Source: Eledone cirrhosa
Lineage: Eukaryota
Assembly: GCA_964016885.1 (NCBI GenBank)
Contig: OZ024742.1
Location: forward strand, 350,176,001 to 350,240,000
Direction: 5' to 3'
DNA: 64,000 nucleotides
This document shows, piece by piece, positions 12,672 through 26,406 of the stretch. Under the pieces are notes generated by a model. That model was given only the letters and a program-made list of their open reading frames with translations, was not told the origin of the DNA and did no database searches. Both the position numbers and the translations under genes were made by a program. The stretch's first letter is position 1. Every line of letters begins with the position of its first letter.

Positions 12672-13608
12672 CAAGCAAAGACCGAGGAAAATGGGCGACT
12701 GGCACATCGAATGTGCTCATGCGCTCACAGTCCTCTGGCAAACGGACCCGGCGATCAGTGGAGACTCCACTTCGACATTCTATAGAGGGTTGGTCCGCAG
12801 CAAGTGCGACGACACGCTCGGAGAAACTCTAGGCGTAGAGGAAGACGAACTGGCCAGGGACCAATGGACAACTTCCAAAAGTCCCTGGCCTAGCAGTGCT
12901 ACCTAGGAGCTCTACCAGTTCGAGACAAGCTCTACAGACACGGGCGCCCGGGTAGGGACCCTTCGAAAAAGATCTGTCCGAGATGCGTGCGCGACGAGGA
13001 AACCGTCGCGCACGCATTTGTACACTGCCCGGGCGTTACCGACCTGTGTGGCTATGTAGAACGACAATTTCGCGAGTGGGACCAATCCGGTTGACCACCG
13101 AGTCAATTGTCATGATCAAACCGCCACCCTCCTTCAAAAACGAGGGAGAGGCGGCTTTCCTATGCGTCATGGCTATGGTGGAAGAGGTTATATGGTGGAC
13201 GAGGTTAGACACCTTTCTATCCGGCGAGCAACTGATTCGTTTTTTCAAATATCATTTTGGAAGAAGAATCAGGATGGAGAGAGAGGTGTTGTACCCCAAC
13301 AAATTTTATAAAAGGTGGGTGAATGTGGCGAAGGTGGCCCGAGTGGGTGGGCCTTCTCTCTATATAAGCCTGTAGGTTGAGGAAAAAGAGGAAGAGAGGA
13401 AGGGAGTACTCACTCTTGGTGCTCCTGGAGATGAGGCTTGTACATTTCCTCGGGGTGTGTACAACCCCTGTGTAACACCTCCCCCCTATTGGGGATATCA
13501 ATTGTTATTTGTTATTTCATTAATAGTTTTATTTTCATATACCTGTATGTAAACTCCCCATGTGTATGTGTCCCCTTCTTTTGTGCCCTTGTGGTTAATA
13601 AAGAAATG

Positions 13609-13610
<2 letters not shown>
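12672..13610 (+). mobile_element. 3' fragment of an L1/Tx1-clade LINE
   Basis: Manual translation from ~12882 gives SLA*QCYLGALPVRDKLYRHG..CPRCVRDEETVAHAFVHC (CCHC zf-RVT-like domain). AATAAA near 13597, then (TC)n. Confidence 0.75.
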
Positions 13611-13706
<96 letters not shown>

Positions 13707-13811
13707 AGCTATAAATCGACGTTGTAGCCGCAATATAGCAGATACCAATCGAATTGTTTGAGGCAGTCACAAAGCACTCTATGATGCGAAAAGTTATTAC
13801 ATTTCGTCCAA

Positions 13812-14028
13812 AGGGCGGTGGATTGGCAGTATAGGTAGAGGGTCGGAAGCCATGCTTTGCAGCAAAGAGTTACGACCCTTTATGATCTGAGTTCAAATCC
13901 CACCGAGGTTAACTTTTCCTTTCATCCTTACGAAATCGATAAAATATAAGAACCAGTCACGCACTAGGGTCGATTTGATCGACTTTACCCTCCCACAAAA
14001 TTGCTGGCCTTGTGCCTATATAAGAAAC
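13812..14028 (+). mobile_element. tRNA-type SINE, near full length
   Basis: A-box tggcagtatagg, B-box gagttcaaatcc, core ggtt aacttt..cttacg..tcgataaaat, tail gctggccttgtgcc. Confidence 0.85.
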
Positions 14029-14109
14029 CACATTTTCCTCCAGAGTAAATAGAATGTTAAGAAAGATGGACACCAACAATAAAACAACCAAATGTATAAC
14101 CACACACAC

Positions 14110-14237
14110 ACTGTCGAAACGGCCGGAGCTCAGCCGTCAGGGTCCTGACTCTTTTTCTGTTACCCACTCTACAACCCCAAGTATCGAGTACTCTGGTGCG
14201 TTATGGCACACCTGGTATCTTACCATACCATCTTTGT
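14110..14237 (+). mobile_element. Family B insert (HHR 3' half plus tail)
   Basis: gtcGAAAcggccggagctcagccGTCagggtcc..tatcgagtactc.. ends at (TA)n. A shorter copy lies at 17107-17157. Confidence 0.7.
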
Positions 14238-14244
14238 TATATAT

Positions 14245-14342
<98 letters not shown>

Positions 14343-14377
14343 GGAAAAAATGAAATTTCATTTCTCACTCTTAGTAC

Positions 14378-17088
14378 TTTTCTTCTATCCTACTGAGGCT
14401 ATCCTCAAATTTGAGGATAGCCTCAGTAGGATAGAAGAGGTCCTTGACAAACTGGACCAGGGTCTCAACATTCTACTGCTGGGAGACTTCAACCTGCCAA
14501 AAGTCGAATGGCCTGAGGGCCACCTCCTCCCCGGAATGACATCAATAGAACAGAGACAGACGGAGTCCCTGCTGGCCCTCAAACACAGGCTGTTCATGGA
14601 ACAAGCAGTACTCCTGTAAACAAGAGACTAGAATGTCCTAGATCTCTGTTTTACAAAGAACGAAGTGCTCATCCACAATGTAAAGGTGACACCAACAATT
14701 TTCTCGGATCATAACTTAGTAGAACTAATGATATGTGGTCTGAGAGAATCAACAGAGATACAAGCATCAAGAAGCACCGGGACCTTATCCACCACTCACT
14801 TCTACAAGGCTAACTGGAAAAAGATCAAGAGAGAACTCCGGAAGTAAATATGGAGCGACAACACCGCCACACAAACACCAACACACAATTTCAACACTTC
14901 ATGACAACGATACAAACTATATGCCAAACGTTTGGCTGGAGAAAAAGGCCAACAGACACAAAAGTCTTATCCCCAGAGATAAGAAAATCCTTATGAGACG
15001 AAGAACCAAGCTCTCAAACCAGTTGAATGCACAACAAGAAAACAAAAACAAGAAGGAATCATATTTGAATCGTGCATTACTTGACATCGAGATTGCACTT
15101 ACACTTTCCCATGAAAATGAGAGGACAAAGAAAGAAAACAGGGCCATAGAAAATATTAAATCAAACCCTAAGGCCTTCTTTAAATTTGCGAAAGAGACTG
15201 CCTCGGTACATTTCAAGATTGGGCCACTCTTCCATACAGACGGTTCATTAACCGAGAATCTCCAAGAGATAAGTGAAATACTAAACGAACAGTACAAATG
15301 TGTGTTCACATGTCCACTGAGGCACATGCAAATAACAAAGCCAGATGATTTCTTTGATGCCACAACACTCCATGAAGAAATGGCGACCATCAACCACATA
15401 GACATAATGGAGGAGGGTGTGATCTACGCCATAGATGAAATTAGAACAGACTCAGCTGCTGGACCTGATGGATTCCCAGCAGTCCTCTTAAAAACATGTA
15501 AGTGGGCCTTAGCAACTCCACTGATACGCTCTTCACAAGCTCCTTGGCTAGCGATAGACTACCCAGGGAGCTGAAAGAAGGCACAATATGCCTTATCCAT
15601 AAAGGAGGTAGCAGAGCCGAGGCCAAAAACTACAGGCCAGTCTCCCTGGCGTCACATATCAGTAAGGTTATGGAGCGAATCATCAGAAAGAAACTGATCA
15701 CTTTCCTTGTGGAAAATGACCGCCTGACTAGCACGCAGCATGGCTTTCGCCCAGAAAGAAGCTGCCTTACATAGCTGCTACATCACTACGACTGGGTACT
15801 GAAACAAATGCTGGACAGCTCACATGTGGACGTGATATATCTTGACTTTGCGAAGGCCTTTGACAAGGCCGAACACAGAATGATTTGGCACAAACTACAC
15901 ATACTCGGCATAACTGGAAAAGTAGGCGAGTGACTGCATGACTTCTTATAGGACAGAAGCCAGACAGTCGCAGCAAACAGGGCACTCTCAGAGGAAACAT
16001 CAATAACATGTGGTGTGCTCCAAGGCACAGTCTTGGGACCACTACTGTTTTTGGTGGCTCTCTCAGACATGCCCTCTGTAGTACATACAACATCCCTCAC
16101 TAGCTATGCTGATGACACTAAGGTAGCACAGGCAATCAAAAACCCGGCTGACGCTGCCCTTTTACAACAAGATCTGGATGCCATATAGAAATGGGCGGAA
16201 GACAACAACATGCAGTTTAATGTTGGCAAATTCCAAGCCCTACAATACAAACCTGCAAACACAAATACAGTACAACACAGTTACGCCGGACCAGGAGGGA
16301 CCGATATTCCCGTGTCGAAATCGGTACGAGACCTGGGTATAGACATGAGCGACGATGCAGCTTTTTCCTTACACATCATGAAAGTGGTTACAATGTGTAG
16401 ATGACTCTCTGGCTGGATCTTGAGGACTTTGCGGACAAGAGACCGAGACACCATGTTAACACTATGGAGGACATTTGTTCTAAGCCGCCTGGACTATTGC
16501 TCCCAACTGTGGTCACACCATAGTGTCAAACTAATCACGGAGCTTGAGGAAACCCAGCGAAGCTACACCATGAGGATTGCAACGATGAAGGAGATAAGCT
16601 ACTGGGAGAGGCTAAAAGAACTGAACCGCTACTCCTTGGAATGAAGACGGGAGAGATACACAGTGATCTACATGTGGAAAATCCTGGAGGGACTAAAACC
16701 AAACTTTGGCATTGGGACTTGACCAACTGTCGAACAGGACGTCACTGTGTGGTGCTAAAGGTCCCGTCTTCCACATCTAGAATAAGGAGCATATATTGCA
16801 ATAGCCTGGCGCTCAAGGGCCCCCAACTCTTCAACAAGCTGCCGAGGGATCTGAGAGATCTGCATGGTGTGAATGTGGATGTTTTCAAGAAACATCTCGA
16901 CACCTTGCTATCCAGGATCCCGGATGAGCCCACAGCAAGGCACGAGGGAAACCGTAGGGCAGCAGCAACGAACTCCCTCTTGCACCAGTGGCCAACCAAT
17001 ACAGGCTGGAGATAAAATGTGTAGCAACAAGGGCGGTGCCCCAGCATGGCCTCAATCGGATGGCTGGAACAGGTAAAAGCGTAAAAGA
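14378..17088 (+). mobile_element. CR1-group LINE, 5'-truncated, disrupted APE-RT ORF2
   Basis: LLLGDFNLP, SDHNLV, AAGPDGFP, YRPVSLASHISKVMERII, QHGFR, YLDFAKAFDK, QGTVLGPLLF, YADDTK, RLDYCSQLW, SYWERLKEL, IPDEP; several stops and frameshifts; short (GTAAAAG) tail. Confidence 0.9.
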
Positions 17089-17155
17089 ATATATATGTTA
17101 AGACCTAGCTGTCGAAACGCCCGGAACTCAACCGTCGGGGTCCTGACTGTGTTCC

Positions 17156-17188
<33 letters not shown>

Positions 17189-17189
17189 G

Positions 17190-17452
17190 TACGGCAACAC
17201 TCATCTTTTTCCATTTCTCCGAGGGTTATAAACCCCACTATCAGGCTAGAAATTTCTAAAATACGGTGAAAGCTTATAATTTCTAATTTCTGATTTCAAA
17301 CTAGCGGACCGTTTCAAAAACATACTTACATGTTTACGTTTATAATTTGCTCTGTTATTTTAATAAATATTTGCTCTACGGTTCTTATATATTTGATATA
17401 TATTTTCCTTATCGAGCCCTCTTTGGATTTCAGTCTTCAATTTTATTATTAT

Positions 17453-17456
<4 letters not shown>
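17190..17456 (+). mobile_element. Family K insert
   Basis: 17350-17456 matches the reverse complement of 54745-54850; flanked by (TA)n. Confidence 0.6.
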
Positions 17457-17530
<74 letters not shown>

Positions 17531-17548
17531 ATATATATTTATATATAT

Positions 17549-17582
<34 letters not shown>

Positions 17583-17597
17583 ATTTATATATATATA

Positions 17598-17697
<100 letters not shown>

Positions 17698-17742
17698 CAT
17701 ATATACATACATATATACATACATAAATACAAATATACATAG

Positions 17743-17790
<48 letters not shown>

Positions 17791-18427
17791 ATATATATAC
17801 ATATATATATAAAGAGAGTGAGTGAGCGAATAGAGAGTCAATTATCATATCTAGTAGTCTATAAGAATGCACTTCATACTTTTATGGATAAGCTAGTAAA
17901 ATATAATTAGTGAAATATTAGATTATAAACGACGAATCTTCTCACCATTGGTTACATAACTTTTACGTAACGTTAGATGATAAAAGCACCATTACGAATA
18001 AATGTAGAAACCTTCACTACGAACCAGAATAACTAGTAAATATATAATTGGTGATTATAAAGCATATTGTTAAAGCACATTGAAGTTTATGTACAATTAT
18101 GAAATGATCAATTAATGATAGAGAATAATTAATTACAACTTAAATGAAATATAACGTCAATCAATTAAAAAGCAATCACTGCCAGAATTTTGATCAGAAA
18201 TGATATGCCAAATATCTCGTCCTGATGTGTCAAGCTTTTGTTTTGCTTCTTTGTAAAACTGGTAGTTTCCCTTTGTCATCTTCCTGTTCTTGGTCATGTG
18301 ATTCATCAGATAAATTATTTGGCCCATATAGGTATTTGATATTTTTGTTTACAGGGAATTCTTTATAAAGATTTCAGTTGAAATGGCAAACGACCCATTT
18401 TATCTTATAAGAAATCCAGGTCATCAA

Positions 18428-18880
18428 TATCTGATGTGTGATATCCTTATATGTCATATTCCTATATCTGATGTGTGGTATCCTTATATCGCTTATTCCT
18501 ATATATGATGTGTGGTATCCTTACATGGCATATTCCCCATCACACCCAAGGTTAGGAGCTGCCTTGTATCACATAACACAGATCATCTATATCTTCTGTG
18601 AGGTATCCTTATATAGCATATTCCGATATCTGATGTGTAGTATCCTTATATGGCATATTCCTATATTTGATGTGTGGTATCCTGACATGGCATCTTCCTA
18701 TATATTATGTATCCTATCCTTACATGGCATATTCCTATATCTTATGTATGCTATCTTTATATGGCATATTCCTATATCTTATGTATGGTATCCTTACATG
18801 GCATATTGCTATATCTGATGTATGGTATCCTTACATGGCATATTGCTATATCTGATGTGTGCCATCCTTACATGGCAACT
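18428..18880. repeat. ~37-bp tandem repeat
   Basis: Unit atatctgatgtgtggtatccttacatggcatattcct, about 10 diverged copies with one interruption. Confidence 0.9.
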
Positions 18881-19900
18881 GCCCATCACACCCAAGGATT
18901 GGATGTTGCCCGGTATCATATATTGGTTCAGGTCAACAGTTCGTTAATTAGTTTCCCTCTTGTGTACACGGAACTGGGTCAATAATATGAATGTGTTTTG
19001 TATTATGAGGGTCCTTGCTGTATTAATCTACACATAGTTCCTCCAAAGTTTGATACCATATTTGTCTACCAGGTCCTTGAAATGACGGTGAACGAATACT
19101 CCCGGTAGGATTTCCTTCTCTTTTGGTAATCCTTACTTTTTAAATACCATCGTCTGCTTTAAACAAAAGTAACAAAGGAAAATATGTCTTTTCCTCACCG
19201 TTATATTTAATGTGATGTTACTTAGTAGGTTTCAAGGGAGATAAACAAAAACTAGAATTTCCACCATATTGCCAATTTGTCTAATTAAGGAGGTTTTTAT
19301 TGTTTCAAAATGCTGTGAGACAAGCCAACTGTAAAGTCAAGAAGGAAGGGAGTAGAAATATACTCTTGTATAGCTAGCATCTTCTTCCTTACTCTAAAAC
19401 CAGGGTTTCTCTTTTGGAAGCTCTAAATAAGGGATTAGGATACATTTCCGAAGTAATCCAGTTTAGTTGTATCAATATTCCTCTGTGAGTAAAGGAATTG
19501 ATATGGTTAGTTATAGAAGAGCAGTACATTTGAATAGACTAATTCCTGGTTCTCCAAAGCAATGGCAAAGACTGATACAGCTTGGCATGAGACAGATCCT
19601 ATCACTAATTAACTACTATGACATGTGAGAACACCTTGTTTAACTTGTTAGCAACATTCAAGAGCCAATATTGCAGTACAAGTCTATACAAGCAATGATA
19701 TATACACAATGTATATACATAGATAAAGCTATTAACATTATGAATATACTTACATTATACATACACTTGAGGAAACTTGTTTATATATTAAACATATATC
19801 TCAGTTATTACATTTCAATTGTAACTGTTAGTTCTCTGTCACCATTACACTCCCTCGGTATATATATATATATTACTATAATAATTTACTCTCTCTCTCT

Positions 19901-19987
<87 letters not shown>

Positions 19988-19989
<2 letters not shown>

Positions 19990-20130
19990 TGCTTTTGAAA
20001 ACAGCTGGTGATATGCATATAAGTAAATATTCACTTTATCTGATATTTTGTAACTAACCTTACATAGATCAATAACGGAATATAGCTACAATGTATTATT
20101 ATCATCATCTAGAAACGATCGTAAAGCAGT
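19988..20130 (+). ncRNA. Type I hammerhead ribozyme, U3-A8 core, ~110-nt stem II
   Basis: actgctt TTGAAAA cagctggtgat...atcatcatcta GAAA cgatcg TA aagcagt. Perfect 7-bp stem I begins right after (TA)n; the insert ends ~20178 at the next (TA)n. Confidence 0.75.
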
Positions 20131-20173
20131 GAAGTATATCTCTAATGACTTGATTTTTTATTTCATTGTTTTA

Positions 20174-20236
<63 letters not shown>

Positions 20237-20336
20237 TAGTTTCAATGAGAACTCACAACATTTTGGTACCCTTGAAATATATGTAATATAATAAATATGC
20301 TTTTATAAAGATAATTTCCATTTATTAATATTATTG

Positions 20337-20373
<37 letters not shown>

Positions 20374-20425
20374 GATGTCAATACTTACCTTTCTTTCTCT
20401 CTCCTTCTCTGTACACATACACACA

Positions 20426-20461
<36 letters not shown>

Positions 20462-20648
20462 TACATATATATATATAAGCACACACATAGATATACACCC
20501 ACCACACATATATAGGCAGATGTAATAGGTCGTTGTGTATAAGTATGTTATAGAAGCAGTGAAAACACAACACAAAACTTAACACTGATTGCTGATTATG
20601 TAGTCAAAAATATATTTATTACTACTAATAAACACTCACTTCATACAC

Positions 20649-20704
<56 letters not shown>

Positions 20705-20776
20705 GAATATATATTTAAGAAAAAGTGAATATTATAGATATAGATATACACACACATACAACACATACATTTACAC

Positions 20777-20914
<138 letters not shown>

Positions 20915-20921
20915 GTATATA

Positions 20922-20985
<64 letters not shown>

Positions 20986-22084
20986 ATATACGTTTGTATA
21001 TTTATAATAAAGCCAAAACAATGCTGGTATGGACATAGAATAAAGAATGCAAATGCAAAAGATATTGTTGACAATTAGTCTTTTACCATATATATATATA
21101 TATATATAAATTAAAATAACAGATTAAAGTTTTTATACCATTACTTATTTGTATAGGTAAGTATATTTTACCTGTATGTTTTGTGAAGGTACGTATACTT
21201 TATCGTACGTATATTTGGTTGTATATGTTATGGCGTATATATTATATATACTGGTACATGTGCTTATGGTTATGCGTATACCTGAGTTTTGCGTCTGTGT
21301 CAGTATGCGGGTCCGTACGTATGTAGGGTGTGTGTATATGTGTACTTTGTGTTTTGGTTGACGTACGCCTGCGTACATATGTGCATCTACAGGTGGTATG
21401 TGTGTGAGCGCGTTTATACGTATTTATGTGTGTATATTTCTATACGTTTATATAATTATATGTATACACACACACTCACACACACATATATATATATATT
21501 TTTATGTGTATTTGGTGTATACGTTCGTATGCGTGCGGGTACAGGCGTTGCGTGGGGTCTGTATGTGCGTGCGTGGGTTTTTTTGTTTTTTTTTCGTGAA
21601 CGTGCTTGTATTAGCATACCCATTGCGAGTGTTTTCGCGTATGGTTGCGGGCATGTATATATTTAATGTCGATTACCTCTGTAATTTATTTACCTTATTC
21701 TTAACTCTGAAGCCGGGAATCATTCGGTTTCCTAATAGAATTTTAGTCTACGACTTCAGTTATACCATATACTTGGTTTTGTCTTTGCGTGTAATTATTT
21801 TAGCGCCCCACATAATGACGTATTATCTTCGTTTTTTCCGTTCATTGCCAGAGAACGTCTCCACGAAGCAACTTTTATTTCTAGATATTTTTTTAATATA
21901 ATTGTCTGCTGGTGGATTTTGTATTTCGCTCTATATCTTCACCATTAACAAGAGGAAGGCAACGACGACAACAGTGTCATTAACAACAACAACTCGACCA
22001 TTAACAAGAGGAAGCCAACCCCAGCATCAGTGACTCACCACCAGCCACTAGGTCTTATGACAAACTGCTCAGTTGCTCGCATGT

Positions 22085-22922
22085 GTGCGTACTGAACTCT
22101 CGGTCTTTCCGCTGGAAACAACCCCTTATCCCCCCCCCCTTTTGTGTACATCCATCCATTCACTCATTTATTTACTGCCATTCTGCCTTCCTGTGTCTCG
22201 CCCTCCATGCAGACCCTTTTCGCTCTCGTTTTCTGGCACCTCCATATATGTGGCCCTATGCGGACCTATGCCGCCCTCTTACCATGCGGCCCTCTTACCA
22301 GCACTTTCCCTCCCACCCACACACGCCAGCCACCCACCCCTGATGCCGCTCGGTGCCCCAGACCCCGGCCCCACGCCCCATCCCCGAACCCCTCCAAATC
22401 GACACCTGCAGCACTTGCGGCACCACTACCAATCGGAAGAGGGGCCGGAACTGTTTGGGGTGCGGCTGCTTCCACCACCTCACCTACGTTGGCTTGACTC
22501 GTCGAGTTTCCAATGCCCTCGCAGCGTGGAGGTGCAGGAGCTGCCTCTTCCCCATGTCTTCCCAGATGGAACAGCGAGCTTTCCTGACGCCCGAGCCTCG
22601 TTGGTCAACATCGCTCGGCTCAGGCGGCTCCGGAAGATCCCACTCAGGATCCCGAGAGCGGCACGGGTGCCGGTAGCCGATGCCCTCGCTTCCTCGATTG
22701 AGAGTGCCCTGGACTCCAATCGAGCCAGTGACTGGGAGCGGCTGTTCTATTTTGCCCCACTCGCCCTCGGCCTCCCCAGCTCTGGCTCTGACCGAGGCGG
22801 CCGGTCAACAGCAGCCTTTGTCAAGGCCAATGTCTCGTCATTTGGGCGAGCGCCCATTCCAAGCGTGCCCAGGGACGCCACACAACCTACCCTCAGGTAC
22901 CCCCTATCCTCCACCCCCGAGG
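22085..22922 (+). mobile_element. 5' fragment of a CRE-like non-LTR retrotransposon with PHD-like finger
   Basis: GC-rich. One frame gives CSTC..CLGC..HLTYV..WRCRSC; another gives RIPRAARVPVADALASSIESAL..DWERLFYFAPLALGLP..RGG, as seen upstream of RT in CRE-clade proteins. No RT present. Confidence 0.55.
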
Positions 22923-22924
22923 AC

Positions 22925-23226
22925 ATATATTTTACGAGAATTTTACAAACATTCAAGTTCAAGTTCAAATTAAAATCAAAAGCACGGAGTTTGTACAATT
23001 ATTGTACAATTCTCGTAAAATATATGTCACATCCATTCTACCATGTAAATACGAAACTGTTTCTCACAACATCAATTTATATGTATATATATTATTGTTC
23101 AGTTGAATAGGAGGTCAATTATATGTGCAAACATTGATAATACTCCGATGACACCAAACGAGAGTTTGTAAGAAACGATTGTCAGCTATTAAATGATTTG
23201 AACACAACTTTGATAATTGTATAATT

Positions 23227-23230
<4 letters not shown>
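22925..23230 (+). mobile_element. Family E insert with CCGAUGA HHR (23143-23185)
   Basis: ct CCGATGA caccaaac gaga gtttgtaa GAAA cgattg TC ag. Homologous to 40975-41124 and 47945-48190. Confidence 0.7.
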
Positions 23231-23283
<53 letters not shown>

Positions 23284-23615
23284 GATGTACACTTATTGGT
23301 ATGTAGTGTCTATAATCAAATATATATTTATATTTATTTGTTTTGTGTCAATTTCCGATTACTTTATATTTTATTTCATTTATATTTGATTTTGTTGCTT
23401 AAACGAAATATTTCTACATTTGTATAATTAATGTAATAATGGATGGATATATAAATATAGATTATCACATTGATATATATATATATACACACCGTCATAT
23501 ACATATGTATATACATGTATGCATATACCTATAAATATATACATATAGACACATGTACATGTATATATATATATATTTATGTATATATATAAATAAATAC
23601 TTATAAATATATATT

Positions 23616-23728
<113 letters not shown>

Positions 23729-23852
23729 GGAGAAAATGAAACGAAATTTCATTTCTCACTCTTAGTACGGCTATTACTTAAATATAAGTATGTATATGTC
23801 CATACATATATGTATACAGACGTACAGTAGTATGTATATATATACATACATG

Positions 23853-23887
<35 letters not shown>

Positions 23888-24004
23888 GTATGGATTTACC
23901 GAACATTTGTTATAATGCTCGGTGTGTTTGTAAACAAACATCCCGAATTAAGTCGGACAGTGTTTAGCAACCGTCTTGCCATTTTGTTCAACACTGCCAA
24001 AGGA

Positions 24005-24047
24005 ACGATGTACTAGTTTCAAGCTTATTCGCTATCGTCAGCACCGT
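24005..24047 (-). ncRNA. Minimal type I hammerhead ribozyme (family C, inverted copy)
   Basis: Reverse complement reads acggtg CTGACGA tagcgaataagctt GAAA ctag TA catcgt. Confidence 0.8.
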
Positions 24048-24121
24048 ATACATGCTCTGCCGTTAATATGCATTAGGAAAGTATATACTTTCAGACGTTC
24101 AATCATCTGGCAAGAAGGAAT

Positions 24122-24164
24122 ACGGTGCTGACGATAGCTAATAAGCTTGAAACTAGTACATCGT
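24122..24164 (+). ncRNA. Minimal type I hammerhead ribozyme (family C)
   Basis: acggtg CTGACGA t agct aata agct t GAAA ctag TA catcgt; predicted cut after A24158. Confidence 0.85.
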
Positions 24165-24554
24165 TCCTTTGTCAGTGTTGAACAAAAGGGCAACGATGGT
24201 TGCTGAACACTGTACGGCTTAATTCGGGATGTTTGTTTACAAACACACCGAGCATTATAATAAATGTTCCTTAAATCCATACGTACATATATATATATGT
24301 GTGTGCATGTATGTATATATATACATACTACTGTACGTCTGTATACATATATGTATGTACGTATACATACTTATAAATAAGTAACAGCCGTACTAAGAGT
24401 GAGAAATAAAATTTCATTTCATTTTTTTCCGTTTATCGTTTTCGGTGCGCCCGGCCGATTAACTTACTCGATATGCAAATTAGGCTGCTCAGCCGTTAAT
24501 ATGCATAAGGAAAGTATATACTTTCAGACGTTCAATCAGCTGGCAGGAAGTTAT

Positions 24555-24597
24555 ACGGTGCTGACGATGGCTAATAAGCTTGAAACTAGTACATCGT
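24555..24597 (+). ncRNA. Minimal type I hammerhead ribozyme (family C)
   Basis: Second tandem copy; predicted cut after A24591. Confidence 0.85.
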
Positions 24598-24802
24598 TCC
24601 TTTGTCAGTGTTGAACAAAAGGGCAACGATGGTTGCTAGACACTGTACGGCTTAATTCGGGATGTTTGTTTACAAACACACCGAGCATTATAATAAATGT
24701 TCAGTAAATCCATACGTACATATATAAATGTGTGCATGTATGTATATATATATATACATACTACTGTACGTCTGTATACATATATGTATGTACGTATACA
24801 TA

Positions 24803-24844
<42 letters not shown>

Positions 24845-24929
24845 TACATATGTAAATGCACGTGAAACAAATATATATCTTCATTGAATTTCATCGTCCG
24901 ATGTGTTTTACCGTTTACCTTTCACACAC

Positions 24930-25002
<73 letters not shown>

Positions 25003-25619
25003 CGTATATATCAACTAATGTGCATACTTACAACTAACATTCTGATGTAAAAAATACCCTAACGAACCTGAAATATATATTTGCCTCATTCATATTGTAT
25101 ATTATTTGAAGTGTTACAACAACAAAAAAAATAATAAAAAAAGATATATTCATGTAATACTTGAGTTTTACATCTATTTCACATTTCAACTGCACCTTAA
25201 AATACCAGTTCCTGCATTTCGAAACTCTATATTTCAAAGCAATAAAATGCATTGCGCTTTTCTATTGTAAAATTGATGCGTTTATGTAAAATGAAAAATG
25301 AACAATAAACTTTTAGCCTTCTTGGTTCTAGTTTATAAATGAGTATGTGTTAGTGCTATGAGCTAATAAAAACGATATGAAAGGAAAAGATTATAGAAAA
25401 TATAAGCTAAAGAATTACCCCCCAATGAAAAGCAATACAAAACCGAAAACCTAAAATTAAACTCCAGAAAACATGATATGCTTAGAAAACTTAGGAAATA
25501 AATTATAATTGTGTTATAATTTTAAACAACTCTTTTACCTAAAACTCGATGAATTTGAAGCAAACGATAAGCATGAGTTAAGTTTACGTTAGAATTATGT
25601 TATGATGAATATATATTCA

Positions 25620-25728
25620 CTCTTCTTCTTCTTCTTCTTCTTCTTCTTCTTCTTCTTCTTCTTCTTCTTCTTCTTCTTCTTCTTCTTCTTCTTCTTCTTC
25701 TTCTTCTTCTTCTTCTTCTTCTTCTTCT
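25620..25728. repeat. (CTT)n microsatellite
   Basis: Pure repeat. Confidence 0.98.
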
Positions 25729-25836
25729 CTATTTACTTTTTTAACTTCCTATCTCACTCACATGCACCCAAACACTGACAGTCATATGCACTTACAAATA
25801 ACATTTCATACATGAATGTCTACGTAAATATATATA

Positions 25837-26140
25837 GGAAGCACATGGGTTTGTGGTTCGAGCGTTTGACTTGCAATTGTGAGGATGTGATTTCGATTCC
25901 TGAACCGGCTGATGTGTTGTGTCCTTCAACAAGACACTATATTTCATTGATCCAATTTACCCAACCGTAGAAATGAGTTGTGATATCCATGATGCCAAGC
26001 TGTATCAGCCTTAGACTTTCCGTTGGCTAAAACCAGTGACGTAGAGAGAAGAGACGGGGACTGGTATCCATGCTCGGAATTGTGTCTCAGAGGGCAACTT
26101 TCTAGGTCCAAATCCCCTAAATGAAGGGTTTATTTACCAT
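25837..26140 (+). mobile_element. Second tRNA-type SINE family, diverged
   Basis: tRNA-like head with B-box gatttcgattcc followed by tgttgtgtccttcaacaagacac core; similar copy at ~51553-51800. Confidence 0.6.
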
Positions 26141-26154
26141 ATAGATATGATGCG

Positions 26155-26340
26155 AGAAAAACCTACAAACACTCCATCTCAACTTTACTTTTGAAAAGCA
26201 TAAGAACTGTGAAACCGGTAAAGGAAACAAATATTCTTAAAAAGACTCCTGTTGCATTTTCGATTTCATCTATTTTTCCTTATACTTTCATTCGTGTAGG
26301 ATATCTCGTTCTTTTCATTTAACCCCCGCCCCCTCATTTT

Positions 26341-26345
<5 letters not shown>
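26155..26345 (+). mobile_element. Family A insert with HHR (26188-26223)
   Basis: ctt TTGAAAA gca taagaac tgt GAAA ccgg TA aag plus tail to (TA)n. Confidence 0.75.

Positions 26346-26404
<59 letters not shown>

Positions 26405-26406
<2 letters not shown>

Noticed and set aside
13812-13905. tRNA genes at SINE heads
   Set aside because: A/B boxes are present but there is no clean cloverleaf, and each is attached to a SINE body.
17880-19700. Possible decayed coding sequence around the 37-bp repeat, and likewise at 48500-49950
   Set aside because: No recognisable motif or sustained reading frame on either strand; a translated database search would be needed.
22073-23110. 345-aa host gene
   Set aside because: Chimeric frame: non-ATG start, retroelement fragment in the middle, and a C-terminus that reads into a family E repeat.
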